Part shown: positions 33,425 to 45,881 of the stretch, piece after piece | Layout: each line of letters begins with the position of its first letter | Numbering within the stretch: the first letter of the stretch is position 1 | Origin: Dudresnaya verticillata | Lineage: Eukaryota | Direction: 5' to 3' | Length of the DNA stretch: 64,000 bases | Assembly: GCA_977862235.1 (NCBI GenBank) | Contig: OZ374562.1 | Span: 1,426,001 to 1,490,000, forward strand | Made by a program: the position numbers and the translations under genes | The notes under the pieces: model-generated | Told to the model about the DNA's origin: nothing | Database searches by the model: none | What the model saw: only the letters and a program-made list of their open reading frames with translations

Positions 33425-35083
33425 TCAAGCTATCTTCAAACACTTCAGTTTGAGTTTTGGTTGGTATGAATATGTAAATGTTCCAGGAGGACAAGGTTTG
33501 CAACGTCTGCTACCAGTCTGAGGCGCGAAGCTACCTGCCCCACACGATCTGCAGCTCGACATTCCTTTCCATGCGTTATACAAACCAGCAGGGCAGCTGG
33601 TGCACATAGCCGGCCCGTCTTCACTTCCGTCATTGAAAGTTCCTGGAGGGCATGATACGCACCTGCCGTTCTTTAGCTGCTTTGCACGCGCATTCGCTCC
33701 AGAGCAAACGCACTTGGACAAGTCCTTGTCGCTGGCAACAAATCCGTTGGGACACTTCCTACATCTTGACCTCCCACCCGAGCTTACGTGACGTGAAGAG
33801 CATTTCTTACAGGAGCCTTTCGACACCCCTGCTCCAACTTCACACGATCTGCATTCTCCATCACTGCTCAAGAACTCGTCCACCTCACAGCTCTTCTGGA
33901 CGCATTTTACGGTCCAGCCCTTCACACGCCTGGAAAACCCTGGTGGGCAGTTGGTTTTCGGGTCGACGCACCGCCACGAGTACTTCACCAACCCAGGCGG
34001 GCAGGTTTTGCATTCAGTGCTTCCTGTGTTCATCTCCGCGACAGTCTCCGCTGGGCACAACTCGCATTCCCCTCTACCTGCAACATCAGTGAAGGTTGCC
34101 CTACGACACTTTTCACAGCTCCTCCCCGCCAAGCAGAATGTCCCTGCAGGGCACTTGGTACAGATTCCATCTTTCCGGATGCTTCCATACGGACAGATGC
34201 ACTTCTCTGCGCTGAATGAGGACGTTTCTCCTGGTGGACATAGTTCGCATTCCGTGGAGGTCCCACCAGGGCTGATTAGTCCTGGTGGGCAATTCTCGCA
34301 CACGCCTTTCGCAGGATTCAAGACTGAACCAGCCCTGCAGAATAGACAGTCCCCATTCTGTTTCGTCAAGTGCCCCGGAGGGCATGGGCCACCGTCCTTT
34401 CGACAGAAAGAGGCCCCGGGGCCTGTAGTATTGAACCCAGATGGGCAATCCCGGCAGCCGTTGTAAGAAGCTATCTTGAAAACCGGGCATGTTGTACAAG
34501 TCCACGAATCGCTATTAGAGAGAAAAGAACCTTGTGGGCAAGGCCTCACGCACTTCCCAGACGGTTCATGCCACTGTGACCCCCCAGGACAGTCACATCT
34601 TCTATAACTAAATACCTTCGGAGGGGTACACAGTCTGCATTCTGCGACAGATGCAGCACCTTCCTCTGACGTGGCACCGACTGGGCATTTCTTGCAGGTA
34701 TTCCCCGAGAGAAACGTACCTCGCTTACACGGGGTGCATCCGGACGGAAGTGCCCTATTTCCCGGAGGACAGGAATAGCACGAATACGAGCTTCCAAAAC
34801 TGCGCTGCCCTGGAGGGCACGTTTGACAAGAAGTGGCACCTTCTGTCTTCCCGGTGGTGTTCATGGGACAAGGGCGACAGAAATCCCGGGCTGATGCGCC
34901 ACTATTAGCATTGAACGTTCCGACGTGACATTTTCTGCATGATGTCGAACCTTTGCCCGCCCAGTAGGTACCGGGGGGGCATTTCTTGCAGGAAGATCCA
35001 TCATCGAAAGAACCTCGTGAACACTGCCGCTTTGCCTCACTCAGTGTCAGCAGCAGTAGCACAAGGAAGGCTAATCTGAGCAT
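33425..35083 (-). CDS. Secreted cysteine-rich repeat protein (GCC2/GCC3, ephrin-receptor-like repeats), 552 aa
   Basis: Signal peptide MLRLAFLVLLLLTLSEA; many C-x2-C-P-x-G-(T/S)-(F/Y) repeats; no transmembrane segment seen. Confidence 0.85.
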   Translation of the reverse strand: MLRLAFLVLLLLTLSEAKRQCSRGSFDDGSSCKKCPPGTYWAGKGSTSCRKCHVGTFNANSGASARDFCRPCPMNTTGKTEGATSCQTCPPGQRSFGSSYSCYSCPPGNRALPSGCTPCKRGTFLSGNTCKKCPVGATSEEGAASVAECRLCTPPKVFSYRRCDCPGGSQWHEPSGKCVRPCPQGSFLSNSDSWTCTTCPVFKIASYNGCRDCPSGFNTTGPGASFCRKDGGPCPPGHLTKQNGDCLFCRAGSVLNPAKGVCENCPPGLISPGGTSTECELCPPGETSSFSAEKCICPYGSIRKDGICTKCPAGTFCLAGRSCEKCRRATFTDVAGRGECELCPAETVAEMNTGSTECKTCPPGLVKYSWRCVDPKTNCPPGFSRRVKGWTVKCVQKSCEVDEFLSSDGECRSCEVGAGVSKGSCKKCSSRHVSSGGRSRCRKCPNGFVASDKDLSKCVCSGANARAKQLKNGRCVSCPPGTFNDGSEDGPAMCTSCPAGLYNAWKGMSSCRSCGAGSFAPQTGSRRCKPCPPGTFTYSYQPKLKLKCLKIA

Positions 35084-36699
35084 ATCCTGGACGAGAAGTA
35101 TTGTTGACGCAGTCTCAGGCTTTAGAGGACTCTACCCTGGTCTCCGTATTCTCCTAGACGATAACCTCGTGAAACGCCGGTCCCGGAAAGAGATGCTCGT
35201 GAAGAGATGCCAGGTACGACAAGTGCACAAAGGTATCTTAGAGGAAGGACAGAATTTAACTGCCTGTGAGCACGCGAGGTTTGATTTAACATGCGGCTCT
35301 TTACGGAGAGCTGCAAAAGGACTGACAGCAGGGATGAAATAAGTTTTGCTTTGCCAAGTTGGAATGCACGCCGAAGATATTCAGCATTCAGAAGCCGCCT
35401 TACTCCAATATTTGATAGCGGTCCTTTCGGAATGTGTCAACAAGTAATACTGGGCTCACCCTCTTGGTTCCACTGGGAGGCGGGGAGGAGAAGTTGCCTG
35501 GTTTTACAGCAATGCGACAATGCGCCACATCAAACGATATGCTGTGGTACACTACAGGCCGTTGTGCACAGCCTCGGAGTCGGGCTGCACACGTTGTGAT
35601 GATGCTTCTGTCTACGAGTAGATACGCAGCTGCCGTACGGGTCACGAGCTTGGTTTCGGTACTCTGAAGTGTCGAAGTGATGCCAATAACACTTTGGATT
35701 TACTGTAGACACCGCTCTCCGCATGCCTTGATTTCGATCCATGACAAGGCAGAACGGGTCCTGCTGTAGTGTACAAAACGAACATGCAAAGAATATTGTA
35801 GGTTCTTTAAAACGCACAATCTGGAGGGACCGATTGTACTCGTATTCGAGAACTAGAGCGAACTGCATGTCCATTACTGGTCCAAAAGCCTGGACGGAGT
35901 GTGCTCTGTCATGCTCGGGATACGGTCGAATGGAACAGTGCCCACTCTCCCCCACTCTCTTCGCAGAAAGAAGCCTGCCTGCCTGCCCGTCTCTAAAAGA
36001 GAAATTTCGGATTACCACAGTAGTCTCTGTGCCGCTGTCATTTCGTACACTAAGCGCTTACAACAGCTCAATGGCATAATAACGTGAAGCACCAGCTGAA
36101 TCCGTGAGGAGGGATGCAGTGTGGCCCAGAGTACTTTCGTAGCAACACTATAGAGTCCTCACAGTCGTTGAAAACGGTCAAAGTGTGGGGTTTTAGTAAT
36201 GATTTAGTGTGGACCACAGTAGTTATCTAGAGCTCATAACTCCAAGCTCAATGACTGCAACAATAAGCGTCATAAGCTTTAAATGCAGTGTGGCCCACAC
36301 GACCACCCTAGTAACTCTAAAGAATTGCCCACACTAGTTGCACTAATGGGCGCAATTCATCGTAGGAAATTGAACCTGGCCCAAGGGCAATGACGCCACT
36401 GTTGCTTCAACTACCGACATGACTCTTAAATATGGACCAGAATAGGTCGAGCCTTCCTAATCTACGGCGTGCTGGCGTCAACGCAACGCCAGCGTCGCAC
36501 TTAAAACAAGATTCTTAGACTGCGAGGAGCTACCATTGGTGTTGATAGTCACTGTGCGTCCCTTGATCGACAAAACCTCTGACACCCGTGTATACATAGG
36601 CACCAAAATGACTTGATTCCGCACAAATTCCCCAGCTTCAGCTACAGTACGTGTAGAGTTCTTTCAACTAGCCCTATTCGGATTGCTTGGCGTTGGGAA

Positions 36700-39375
36700 G
36701 TGTGTGGGAGTTCAGTTGCGCGGTTGGCCAACTGTGGAAATGGGGCTGTGACAATGTGTCAACAGACGCGTCGCCTTTGGGCGCACACAGAGGAGCGCGC
36801 TCGTGGTGTGGTGCAGTAATAAAGAATCTCCAGATATCTCTCGATTTGGAATATCTGAGAGATATTTCCAAGAAGCGCCTCCCAAATCCGCCTTCAAATG
36901 CACAGGGCACTCCTTACGGAGGCGTTTTGCCCTGTTACGCCATCAGCTGCCAAATCTCTTAGCTCCAATTGGCTTCAAACGCGTATCAATTCTTTTGCCT
37001 TCTCAACATTATGCAGTAATTTGCTCGTTTTGCTACCGTACGCGCAACCTTAACCGGGTACTTGAATGACACATTTCACATTGGAATCTTCCCGTTCCGG
37101 CCACCACAAACTCCGTTGAAGGTCTGGATTGCAAGAGGAACAACACGTGCCATGTGAAAGAAAATTATCAACAAGCACACTGGTGTGCCTGCACAGGGGC
37201 CTTTAAGTCGCCCGAGCGGGACCACCTAAAACAAACTTTAAAAGTTACCATCACACGAGATGCTTTCAAGCTTTATTCTTTAACGTGTAGCTTCTTGTAC
37301 GTACAGAAGTATTCAAAGGACGCTGCCAAGGAGGTTTGGAGTTGACGGCACAGACCCCTTCCCAAACTCCGCTTCTCAGCAACGTTTCACGGTTTATGCA
37401 ATCGTAGTGCACTTTTTATATACGTTTTTGTCCCATAGAGAAGAATCGCTCTCGCAACAAATGCAATCCAAGCGATGCTTTGTTCTTTCAGACGAGAGAG
37501 GTGAAATATAAGCCCTGCGAGCATAGCTATGGTGCTTTTCAGCAGCGGCCATCGCTCCATCCGGAAGCTCTCTTGAGTGACTGCTACCGTCGATCGCATC
37601 TCAGGCTGTCAGAAAAGCTCCCTAACACCTTGCTGTCCGAGCGGTGTCCTTTAGCGGAACATTGCAATTTTCTCGAAGCATGTGATCTCGAGTGCCTGTC
37701 AAAAGACAAGGCATCAATAGAAGATAGGTATCGCATGATCTTGAAACCATCAACGGGCTGGCTTGCATACTTTTCATGGGATCAAGGGCAAGAGCAGTAC
37801 CGTTCGTGCAAAGATGCTGGATAAGAAAGGGTATTTATACGACTCCAAGACGCACACGAGCAACTGCGACAGACCTCACCAACAACATCCCACCTCGAAC
37901 GCTTTAGACAGTTTACTCTCTGCAAAATGTCTTGTCAACTCTCGCCCTTCACGCTCTTCTGGAGCTTTGCTCTTTTCTCATTATCCATGGCCTACACCGC
38001 ACCTTCGACTCTCTCAAAGTTTCATCCAGTGCTTGCAAGAGCCAAACTCCAAGCCCCGGGCTCCAATACCGCCGCATCTAACCTTTTTGGTTACTCAAAC
38101 TGGTTCTTCTACCTTCAAGGTGGCTCCTACATGCAATTCAAAATGAAGGGATCTTCAAAGCGCTCTGAACTCCGCGAAATGAAGACCAATGGTAATAATG
38201 CTGCATGGTCCGTCTCGTCATCCAATACTCTCCACGCGAGCATTGCACTCCCAGTGCCCGTCTCACAGATGAATGAGATCACCTTCCTGCAAGTACACTG
38301 TGGTGCTGCCCCAGCTCTACGGATCAGCTGGAGGAAATCTTACAAACAGGGCAGTAAGACCTACAAAGATGCAATCATTTCAAATCTGAGAGACGGACTG
38401 GGTAGTAATGACGTGAATAAGAAATTCCTGGCACAGAGGAGCACCGGAACGAAGTCCTACAAGATCAGGGTGAAGAACAAGAAGGTGAGTGTTTGGATCG
38501 CCGGGAAACGAGTGTTAAACGAAGCAAGCATGTCGTTCTGGAGTTCATACTCTTGCTATTTTAAGGCTGGAGTGTATATCAACAACCCGAGTAGCAGCAG
38601 TGCATATGCACGCACGAAGTTCAAGACTCTGGATTGGTCTTAGGGACCAGCGCTAATGATGGAACGAAATATGCTACTATGTCCAAACAGAAAGTAGCCT
38701 AATACTACACAGTGGATAAGAAGAGTAAAGCTTGCTATTGATTACCACTGCCATGGTGTGATCCTTAGGGATGCATGCTGTCATTGGAGAAAATACACGC
38801 TTCAGTCTGCTACAAACAACGATTGTCCTCCATAAAATGGCTTATCACCGTAGCACTCTGACACTCTTCAGGTGGTTATTTTGTAAAACAATTCTCAACT
38901 CGAGATTCCTAAGGGCTTTTGCCCCTTGTCGCGACCCTACGAGCTCCATCTGATCTCCTCTCACGTCAACCTTCTCCCCAGATACCAACGCAGACCTTAT
39001 ACTGTGACATTCGGAATCGGATGCTTCTTGTACCACTCAATGACCTCTGGAATGTCCATGACAGCCTGATAGGCCTTCATGAACCTCGGAAACCCATCTA
39101 AGACATCCTTTGGGACGTAATCCAAAATGTCGCACTTGAACATATTAACTAACGAGCAGATGTTGCAATCTGCAACACTAACCTGCTCCCCGAGCACAAA
39201 AGGACCATCGGAGAAGAGTTCCAGGCGCTTCTCCATACCAGCGACAAACTTTGGAAGGTCTTCCTTGAGCATCTTCTCGCGTTCGGCTTGCTTCCTGGTC
39301 TCGTCGTCGCCCATATAGCGATACACGGCTTGGAAGAAGTCCGATACGGCACCACTGATCTCATCAACCTTCAGA
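36700..39375 (-). repeat. Right arm of inverted segmental duplication (partner 2709-5250)
   Basis: Collinear inverted match; extra ~75 bp at 37181-37256 and ~95 bp near 36730-36822. Confidence 0.92.
37927..38643 (+). CDS. Secreted polysaccharide lyase family 7 (alginate lyase-like), copy 2, 238 aa
   Basis: Same motifs as copy 1 (RSELRE, QVH, YFKAGVY); 11 amino-acid differences; TATTTATA at 37832-37839. Confidence 0.9.
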   Translation: MSCQLSPFTLFWSFALFSLSMAYTAPSTLSKFHPVLARAKLQAPGSNTAASNLFGYSNWFFYLQGGSYMQFKMKGSSKRSELREMKTNGNNAAWSVSSSNTLHASIALPVPVSQMNEITFLQVHCGAAPALRISWRKSYKQGSKTYKDAIISNLRDGLGSNDVNKKFLAQRSTGTKSYKIRVKNKKVSVWIAGKRVLNEASMSFWSSYSCYFKAGVYINNPSSSSAYARTKFKTLDWS

Positions 39376-39725
39376 GCAGCCTCCTCATCCGATGTCGGAT
39401 ACAGGCCCGTGCGGCGGCCTAAGTAGTTCAGAATTCCCGCAGACTGTGCATATACAGAGCCATTCACAGTCAACGTCGGGACTGCGCGGTACGGTAGATT
39501 CTTCTTCCGCTCCTCGAACTCCTCGAACTTGAACCGATCATCCGTAAACGGTAGGCGGCCGATGACCATCGCTAGGCGACAAGCCTCGGCACGACCCTTG
39601 ACAGTTGAGGCACAGTGTAATAAGGCGGGTTAGCATGAATCTCTCGAGGGCGCAGAATAGAGAAGATCTGAACCATAGCTTACTCTGATATCAAAGTAGG
39701 TAATCTTGAGCTCCGGGTTCGTCAT
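38997..39725 (-). CDS. Glutathione S-transferase (sigma-like), 2 exons (39725-39684, 39596-38997), 213 aa
   Basis: MTNPELKITYFDIR|GRAEACRLA, LPYRAVPTL, QSAGILNYLG; 87-nt intron GTAAGC...GCTAAC...AAG; TATAAA near 39845. Confidence 0.92.
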
Positions 39726-41429
39726 TTTTGTTTGTTGAGTGAATCAGACAAGAGAGACTTGACGCGGGGTTGCGGCTGGAATCAACAGCGCAAAAGTTGG
39801 CTGAGAAGGTTCGAGCACTTGGAAGGGAGCTAGAGCGGGCGCTTTATATGCTCAAGGTACTGACCGAAGCCCTCGACAGCCTGGTATTCGAGGCGTTCTC
39901 TGCAGCAAAAAAGGTCTAAAATGACGGCTTGAAGACGGTCGGATCAACTCACGGTGCGTGTCGCATGTGGGTCCTGGCATGCACGACGCGTGCTCGGCGG
40001 CGCCAAATTGGTCACAGCCACATTAACCACCATGGCATTGGCGGGACCTTTTCTCCGAGACATTCCGTGACTTCTACCATCAGCCAGTCATTTTTGTCTT
40101 CTTCGTAGGGGTGGACCGTCGCGCCACGACACAAAGCGCGACCGGTAGGTAACATTAGGCTATCCGAGGAGGTGTTTTGGGCCGGAGCGTGGCGAATTGG
40201 GCGGCGCCGAAGGTCCCATGCCAGCGCCGATGCGTCGTTGAGGTGCTTAGCGGCAAGAGCTGAACAGCGGAAGGGCTTGTCTGGCTGTAAGAGGCACGGA
40301 AACAGTGGACTGATACTGCTTTCCGCACATGACGTGTCCATCTGATATTGTCGCGGCGCGACGCGGCCATCTCTGATCGTGATTGTCGCAAGTGGTCGCT
40401 CTATCTTATTGTCTAGTGCTTGCCAGGCTGGCTAGCCAGACAGACAGAATCCGCTTCTGTCGAAAGCAGAGATACAAAAACACCCACTCGTTCCTCGACA
40501 GAGAAAACATGAATTTTTCCTGACTAGACACAGTTACCCAGTTGAACGGCAGGCGAAGTTCAGTCATCGAGCGGAGAATTGCCTCATGCACACGCTGCAG
40601 AATATGCAGTGTGAAGAAGCAAGGTTCCGCGCTCATTGTGAATTTGGCTTGACAAACGCAAACAAGACAAAAGGTGATATACAGTAATATTACGGCTACG
40701 GCTGTCGGTTTAAATGCTTTTGGGCAACAACTTCGAACCAGCTGACCTTTGAGTCAACAACTTGAGCCCAGCTGTTGCTCAAAACACTTTTGAACAAAAA
40801 CTTTGTTGTAAGAAAGCATTAGCAAAGAGCAAACTACAAAAAGGAAATACCGATGAGGCAGGCATGCGCGTGAAGATCGACTTTCTTTTCTATGTTCGAC
40901 CCTGCCACCATCGCGTCTTCGACGAACAAACAAACAATCACTTGTGTTTACCCAACTCACAAATTATGTGGTTTTGTGCAGTTGGGGCCAGCATTCGCAT
41001 ATCTTCTTAACATTATAGAGCTCCTGTTTAAACGAAAACGGAGCTTCAGCCCTCCGCACTTTGAAGGAAGGCCTGCTACTGCTGTTGTACCTTCTCAGAT
41101 ATCATCCCGTAACAAATACGAATAACACGTTACTCGCCAAGATTGCAACATCTGTTACGCCTCGAAGGGCGCTTAAGTACTGTTGCTTCAAAAATCAATG
41201 TTTCGGCTTCCATAGAAGAGCTGCATCTCCACAGCTTACGTACTACATGCAGGGCTATGCCTTTTGACAGTTTTGAGATACACCTTACGAACTCCTGTGT
41301 TGTTGTATTTTATTTGTTGTTTAGCGTGGTCCTGCGTGGGCGACTTTGGCCCATTTGCTGGCACACGTGCTCTTGGAGAGCAGGAAGTGGTACACTACTG
41401 GATGGGGTGGCTGTGGTCGGTGGGCAGGT

Positions 41430-41700
41430 CTACTGGGAGGCAGGCGGTGAGGGGTAGTCTTTCGGAGCATATACTACGGATGGCCCGCAGGGCGTCACAG
41501 ACGCGGTGGGCGGCAGATGGATCGGGGTCTTGAAGTGACAGGAGTGACAGGGTCTTCGTGTGCGGTCGCATCGCGAGGCGGGCAGCTTGGCAGCTGGGTG
41601 GGATCGGGAAAGTCCCTAGATGCCAGCGCGTGGCTAGCTTCCTGTCTTGGTGGTCCGGGAGTTCCAGGGCTAGAGGTAACCGGTGGTGGCTGTAAACTGG
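41430..41700 (-). repeat. Coding remnant homologous to 12300-12560
   Basis: Shared DHQDRKLAxRWHLGTFPIPP motif. Confidence 0.5.
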
Positions 41701-41931
41701 CGCCGTTCTTCTTCCTGATAGTGCCATCGTTCATTCCCTTATTGCGAGTGTTTTAGGTGACGTACCTTGGTAGGGACTCTGTTGGATGCCTGGGCATCGA
41801 AGGATCGATAGCGCCGTAAGTGTCCTACGTGCCTGCCATCCTGTGCAGTAGAACAACCGCCCCACAACCTCGATGTACCCGAATAAAATGAGTGTCGGCA
41901 CAACACAAAGTCGCCGAAACAATGAAGTCAG

Positions 41932-43553
41932 TCTGGGACAGTCCTCTGCACAAGCTTTCACGAATACAACTCATCCAGCGGGTACTGCGGTATTCTGCAA
42001 TAACCATTTTTACTAATGTCACCTTCCCGCGAATGCGCGAAGCTCTTCAAGGGTACTGCACAATGGTCGTGCGCACGCCCGGCGAGGGCGATGACATCAT
42101 CACTGCTGCCTTCGACTGGGTCAGTCCGTACAAAGTGCCCTACGACATCACGTACACCCTCAAGGATGACACTGACACCCCGGAGACTGGAAGAAACCCC
42201 AACGTTAGTATCGCCTGCTTTGCCGTTAGCCGTAACCCGTTGTCGTACGACCTGCACCGCGTCTGGTTCTCCCTGAACTCAGGCATGTACCGCAATAACC
42301 GTGTCCTGTGGCCTATGATTCCAAGTCGTCGGACAGCTCCAGGTCGTCGTCGTCGCCTCACTCGTGCTGGCGCGGCTCTACAGGCAGGTCCGACAGCTCG
42401 GACAGTGATAGTGGTACCAATAGCGATGCGACTGACTGGGATGCCAGCAGCATTGCGCCAGTGTCTGTGACGCCCGAAGACGGCTACTGGCACAGCAAGG
42501 AAGATTCTTTGCGCGACATCTTGAAACCAGTCTCGATCAAGGAAGGTGAGTCCGCCAGGGTCCCGCTGTTTGAAATGCGTTGCGAGGACGGCATTGTGCA
42601 CGCTTACAATTCTGGCCACTAGGCCGTGCGCGGCTTCCTCGTCAAGAACACTACCGATGTCATTCTGGAGCCTGGTAGGGGTGTGTACATTCGGAAGGAC
42701 AGCATCTTCGAGATATTTTTCGGTGCTACGCACATTGGCAGGCAGACTTTCTACGCCCTCTCCGATGCGGGTGGCTGCGTCGTCAAGGATGAAATCGTCG
42801 CACATGGGCGATGTGCTCTCCTGCGAGATGCTGGACAAGAAGCTCGTCGCCAGATTCAAGTGGCATCGCTCTTGTCGGTACGACATGCACAGCAAAGAGA
42901 GCGCCAAAGTGGAAATGAATGTTGGCCATCATAGCTGCTACAATTCGCGTTGGCAGGTCGACCTCATCGCCACCTTCTTCGAAGATGTGCGCGATGTCGG
43001 GAAGAAAGGATGCGGCATTGTGCTCGATCCAAGCAGTCCATACACCATGGGCTGGATGTGGTTTAAGCTCAAGGTCAAGTCGGGTCAACGCTGCAAACTC
43101 GTCCTCGAGGAGGTGGTCGATAAGGATGAGAAATTTGCGGGCTTCGACAACACGTGCGCACGGTCAATTGCCAAGCTGGAGAAGACGAGAATACTGGGAG
43201 CCGCTGCTGCTGAGAAGCTCAAGGATCTCGTGCGAGTCAAGCGAGATCTAGAGAGGGTGAACAGGGAGCGCAAACTGCATCGATGTAAGCGCGCGGCCGT
43301 GAAGAGCTACCAGCGGCGAATGGCGGAAAAGGATTGGAACGGGGACGAGGCAAATTGCAACGGTGATGTAGAGCACGGCGGCGGCCTGGACAGGTACTTT
43401 CAGGCAGTGGTGAAGGTAGAGGAGTCATTGACAGCGATTGACGAAGCCTTGGACTGCCTGGAAAGGAAAAGGGTCGTCCTGGAAGCCGAGATAATGAGCA
43501 CGGAGGATGAGATTTGCGGTTTGAAGCTGCTGGGGCAACCACTCGAATCGTGA
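41932..43553 (+). pseudogene. Disrupted gene of unknown function with C-terminal coiled coil
   Basis: Protein-like segments run across ORFs 41892-42470, 42308-42622, 42626-42934 and 42546-43553, needing about two frameshifts and one stop (42620-42622). Confidence 0.45.
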
Positions 43554-45029
43554 AGTTTCACAGTGGCCCATAGAAGAAGAGGAGACCCCTTTTTTGGCGA
43601 CTGGCCCGAGTTGTGAAATCCTTAACTCTTCTTTAGCTCCCACAATTGACCGATAGGAGCCACTGCCGCCACTACTTTACGTCTTCTCATGGGCCAAGAG
43701 CGTGGTGTAGTGGAGCAGTAATTCCTCAATTCACGTGTGCTTCTTTATCCGCACTTGCATGGATGGCGAGACAAACTCGTAGTGTGCAGATGTCCCAAAT
43801 TCCGTGCAATCTATCCTCCTCAATCGAGGGCTCGACTGCGGAAGTACGGAACACAGTAGCGGCAACTTTGACATATTCGAAGATGCCAACGTCTCGGTAC
43901 ACATGAGAGAAAAGGGCCCCTGCGGGTTGAAAGTGGCGACAACATATCTCGTCAAGGATGCCAGGAAGAATGGGCCGAGCTCCCCCTGCCCCGGTCCACT
44001 CAAACGGAGTTTCTTCAAGCAAAAGTTTTCGAGTTTGGCCAGGTCAGCAACTTTTGGGACTGGTCCGACCGCCTGAAACAGGCAGATACGTCTTCCGCCA
44101 GACTTGCTCTCCAGGGGCGCTGAGTATCCAAGGCTCGCAACGGCGGCATGCAGTTCGGTGCCGACACGCAGCACGGAGCTGACGAGATGTCGAAGGCGTT
44201 GCGAGAAGCTCTGTCAGGATGGAAAGAAGGCTTCTAGACCGTTGTCCGCCAGAGCTCGTGACAAGGATCCAACGACGCCATAGAAAGGGAAACAACAGGT
44301 AGTTCCTTTCGTTGTTGGGTTTCTTGTTCTTTCTTTCGTTTCGATTCAGCTCTCGCCATACCCATTTTCTTGGGACAGGTATCAGGTCAGTCTCTACAAG
44401 ACGTATGCTCGTTCGCTCATTCACGGGCGTGCACGGGGGAGAGTATAAACACTTGGGCGAGGCGCTGCTTGAACGAGAACATGAGCGGCAGGTCCCTGCC
44501 ACAACGATTTGTAGAGCAGTTGCGCTGTGGGTGTGCTGGAAGCCGCCTGCAGGTGCCGTCCGAACAGCCCGGACAAATGATCCGGTCTGCGACACGCGGC
44601 CGGCATGCGAGGAATGCTCGATCTCTTCGCCCGACCGAAGGCAACTCGGACAGTACCCTCCATTCCGTATGAAGGCACTCGCCGAAAATCTCACGTTCAA
44701 ACAAAACAGTGGTGCGGCTGCATCTGGTGTTGGTGAACACTCGAGCTTCAAGCTGTATCTTCCATCGGAGAAATCTATCGTTTTCTGGCGGTTTTTGGGC
44801 ATAAAATACAACGCCACGTTTTTGTTTATGATAGTCGCGATGGCGACAGTACTGTATCTCCCCACAGCTCGGTGCCGGCGGATCGCCCGTGAGATTGCAA
44901 ACCAACACTTCCACTTCTATTGCGCAGCCGACCCCTAAAGTTGACCGCCCGTCGCAACCGTCATCTCACACCCACACAACCCGCTTCGATCTCCGCTACA
45001 CCCCGCCTCTGCTACGAGCGCACGGCAAA

Positions 45030-45881
45030 ATGGCTTTCGTCTCTCCAACACCCGCGCGCACGCTCCTCCGCCGCGCCCGTCCGCAGCGGAGCTCCTCGAG
45101 GATGCCGGTGATGAAGCTCTCCGTCCTGGTCACGGGTGCCACCGGGCGTACAGGGCGGCTCGTGCTGGAACGGCTGCTGTCGCAGCCGGAGGCGTTCTCA
45201 GCAACAGGACTGGTGCGATCGATTGCCGCCGCGAAGGACGCCTTTCCGGACCACCCGTCGATTGGCGACGCGCTCACGGAGGGTGACGTGACCAACCCCG
45301 ACTCGTTGCGCCAGCCGATCGCTGAAGCTGAGGCCTTGGTCATTCTGTCGAGTGCAGTGCCTCGCATCAACCCTACGCAGGAGGGCGCCCCGCCGTCGTT
45401 CTACTTCGACGAAGGTGGCATGCCGGAGCAGGTTGACTGGCACGGCGCGAAGAATCTCATCGACCTCGGCCGTGCTGCTGGCGTCTCCCATATCGTGCTT
45501 GTGGGTTCCATGGGAAGTACGGATGAGAACGATATGCTCAACCGCGTGGGAAACGGAAACATTTTGCGGTTCAAGCGCAAGGCAGAACTGTATCTCATCG
45601 ACTCGGGTGTGCCGTATACAATTGTCAACCCGGCCGGCTTGCGCAACGAGCCGCCAGGCGAACGGGAGCTCGTCGTCGGGAATAGTGACCAGCTCTTCTC
45701 CATTTTCAGTCGCGGCTCGTGCAGCATCCCGCGGGCGGACGTCGCACGAATCGTTGTCGCCGCGCTCACTGCGGACACCGCAAAGAACAAGGCATTCGAC
45801 GTTGTTGGCCGCCCGAAGGGGGATGGCACTCCCACAGAGGACGTATCCACGCTCTTCGAAAGTACCGGCCCAGACTTGTGA
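45030..45881 (+). CDS. Plastid-targeted NAD(P)-binding Rossmann-fold protein (atypical SDR), 283 aa
   Basis: Transit peptide MAFVSPTP...; VLVTGATGRTG, PEQVDWHG, LVGSMG, GNGNIL.FKRKAE.YLIDSGVPYTIV, IPRADVA. Confidence 0.92.
   Translation: MAFVSPTPARTLLRRARPQRSSSRMPVMKLSVLVTGATGRTGRLVLERLLSQPEAFSATGLVRSIAAAKDAFPDHPSIGDALTEGDVTNPDSLRQPIAEAEALVILSSAVPRINPTQEGAPPSFYFDEGGMPEQVDWHGAKNLIDLGRAAGVSHIVLVGSMGSTDENDMLNRVGNGNILRFKRKAELYLIDSGVPYTIVNPAGLRNEPPGERELVVGNSDQLFSIFSRGSCSIPRADVARIVVAALTADTAKNKAFDVVGRPKGDGTPTEDVSTLFESTGPDL

Noticed and set aside
36110..36340. Recurring GTGGCCCA/GTGGACCA motif
   Set aside because: Short and irregularly spaced; no boundary or function could be assigned.
43650..44900. 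ORFs 43731-44174, 44044-44865 and 44312-44938
   Set aside because: No recognisable motifs and conflicting overlapping frames.
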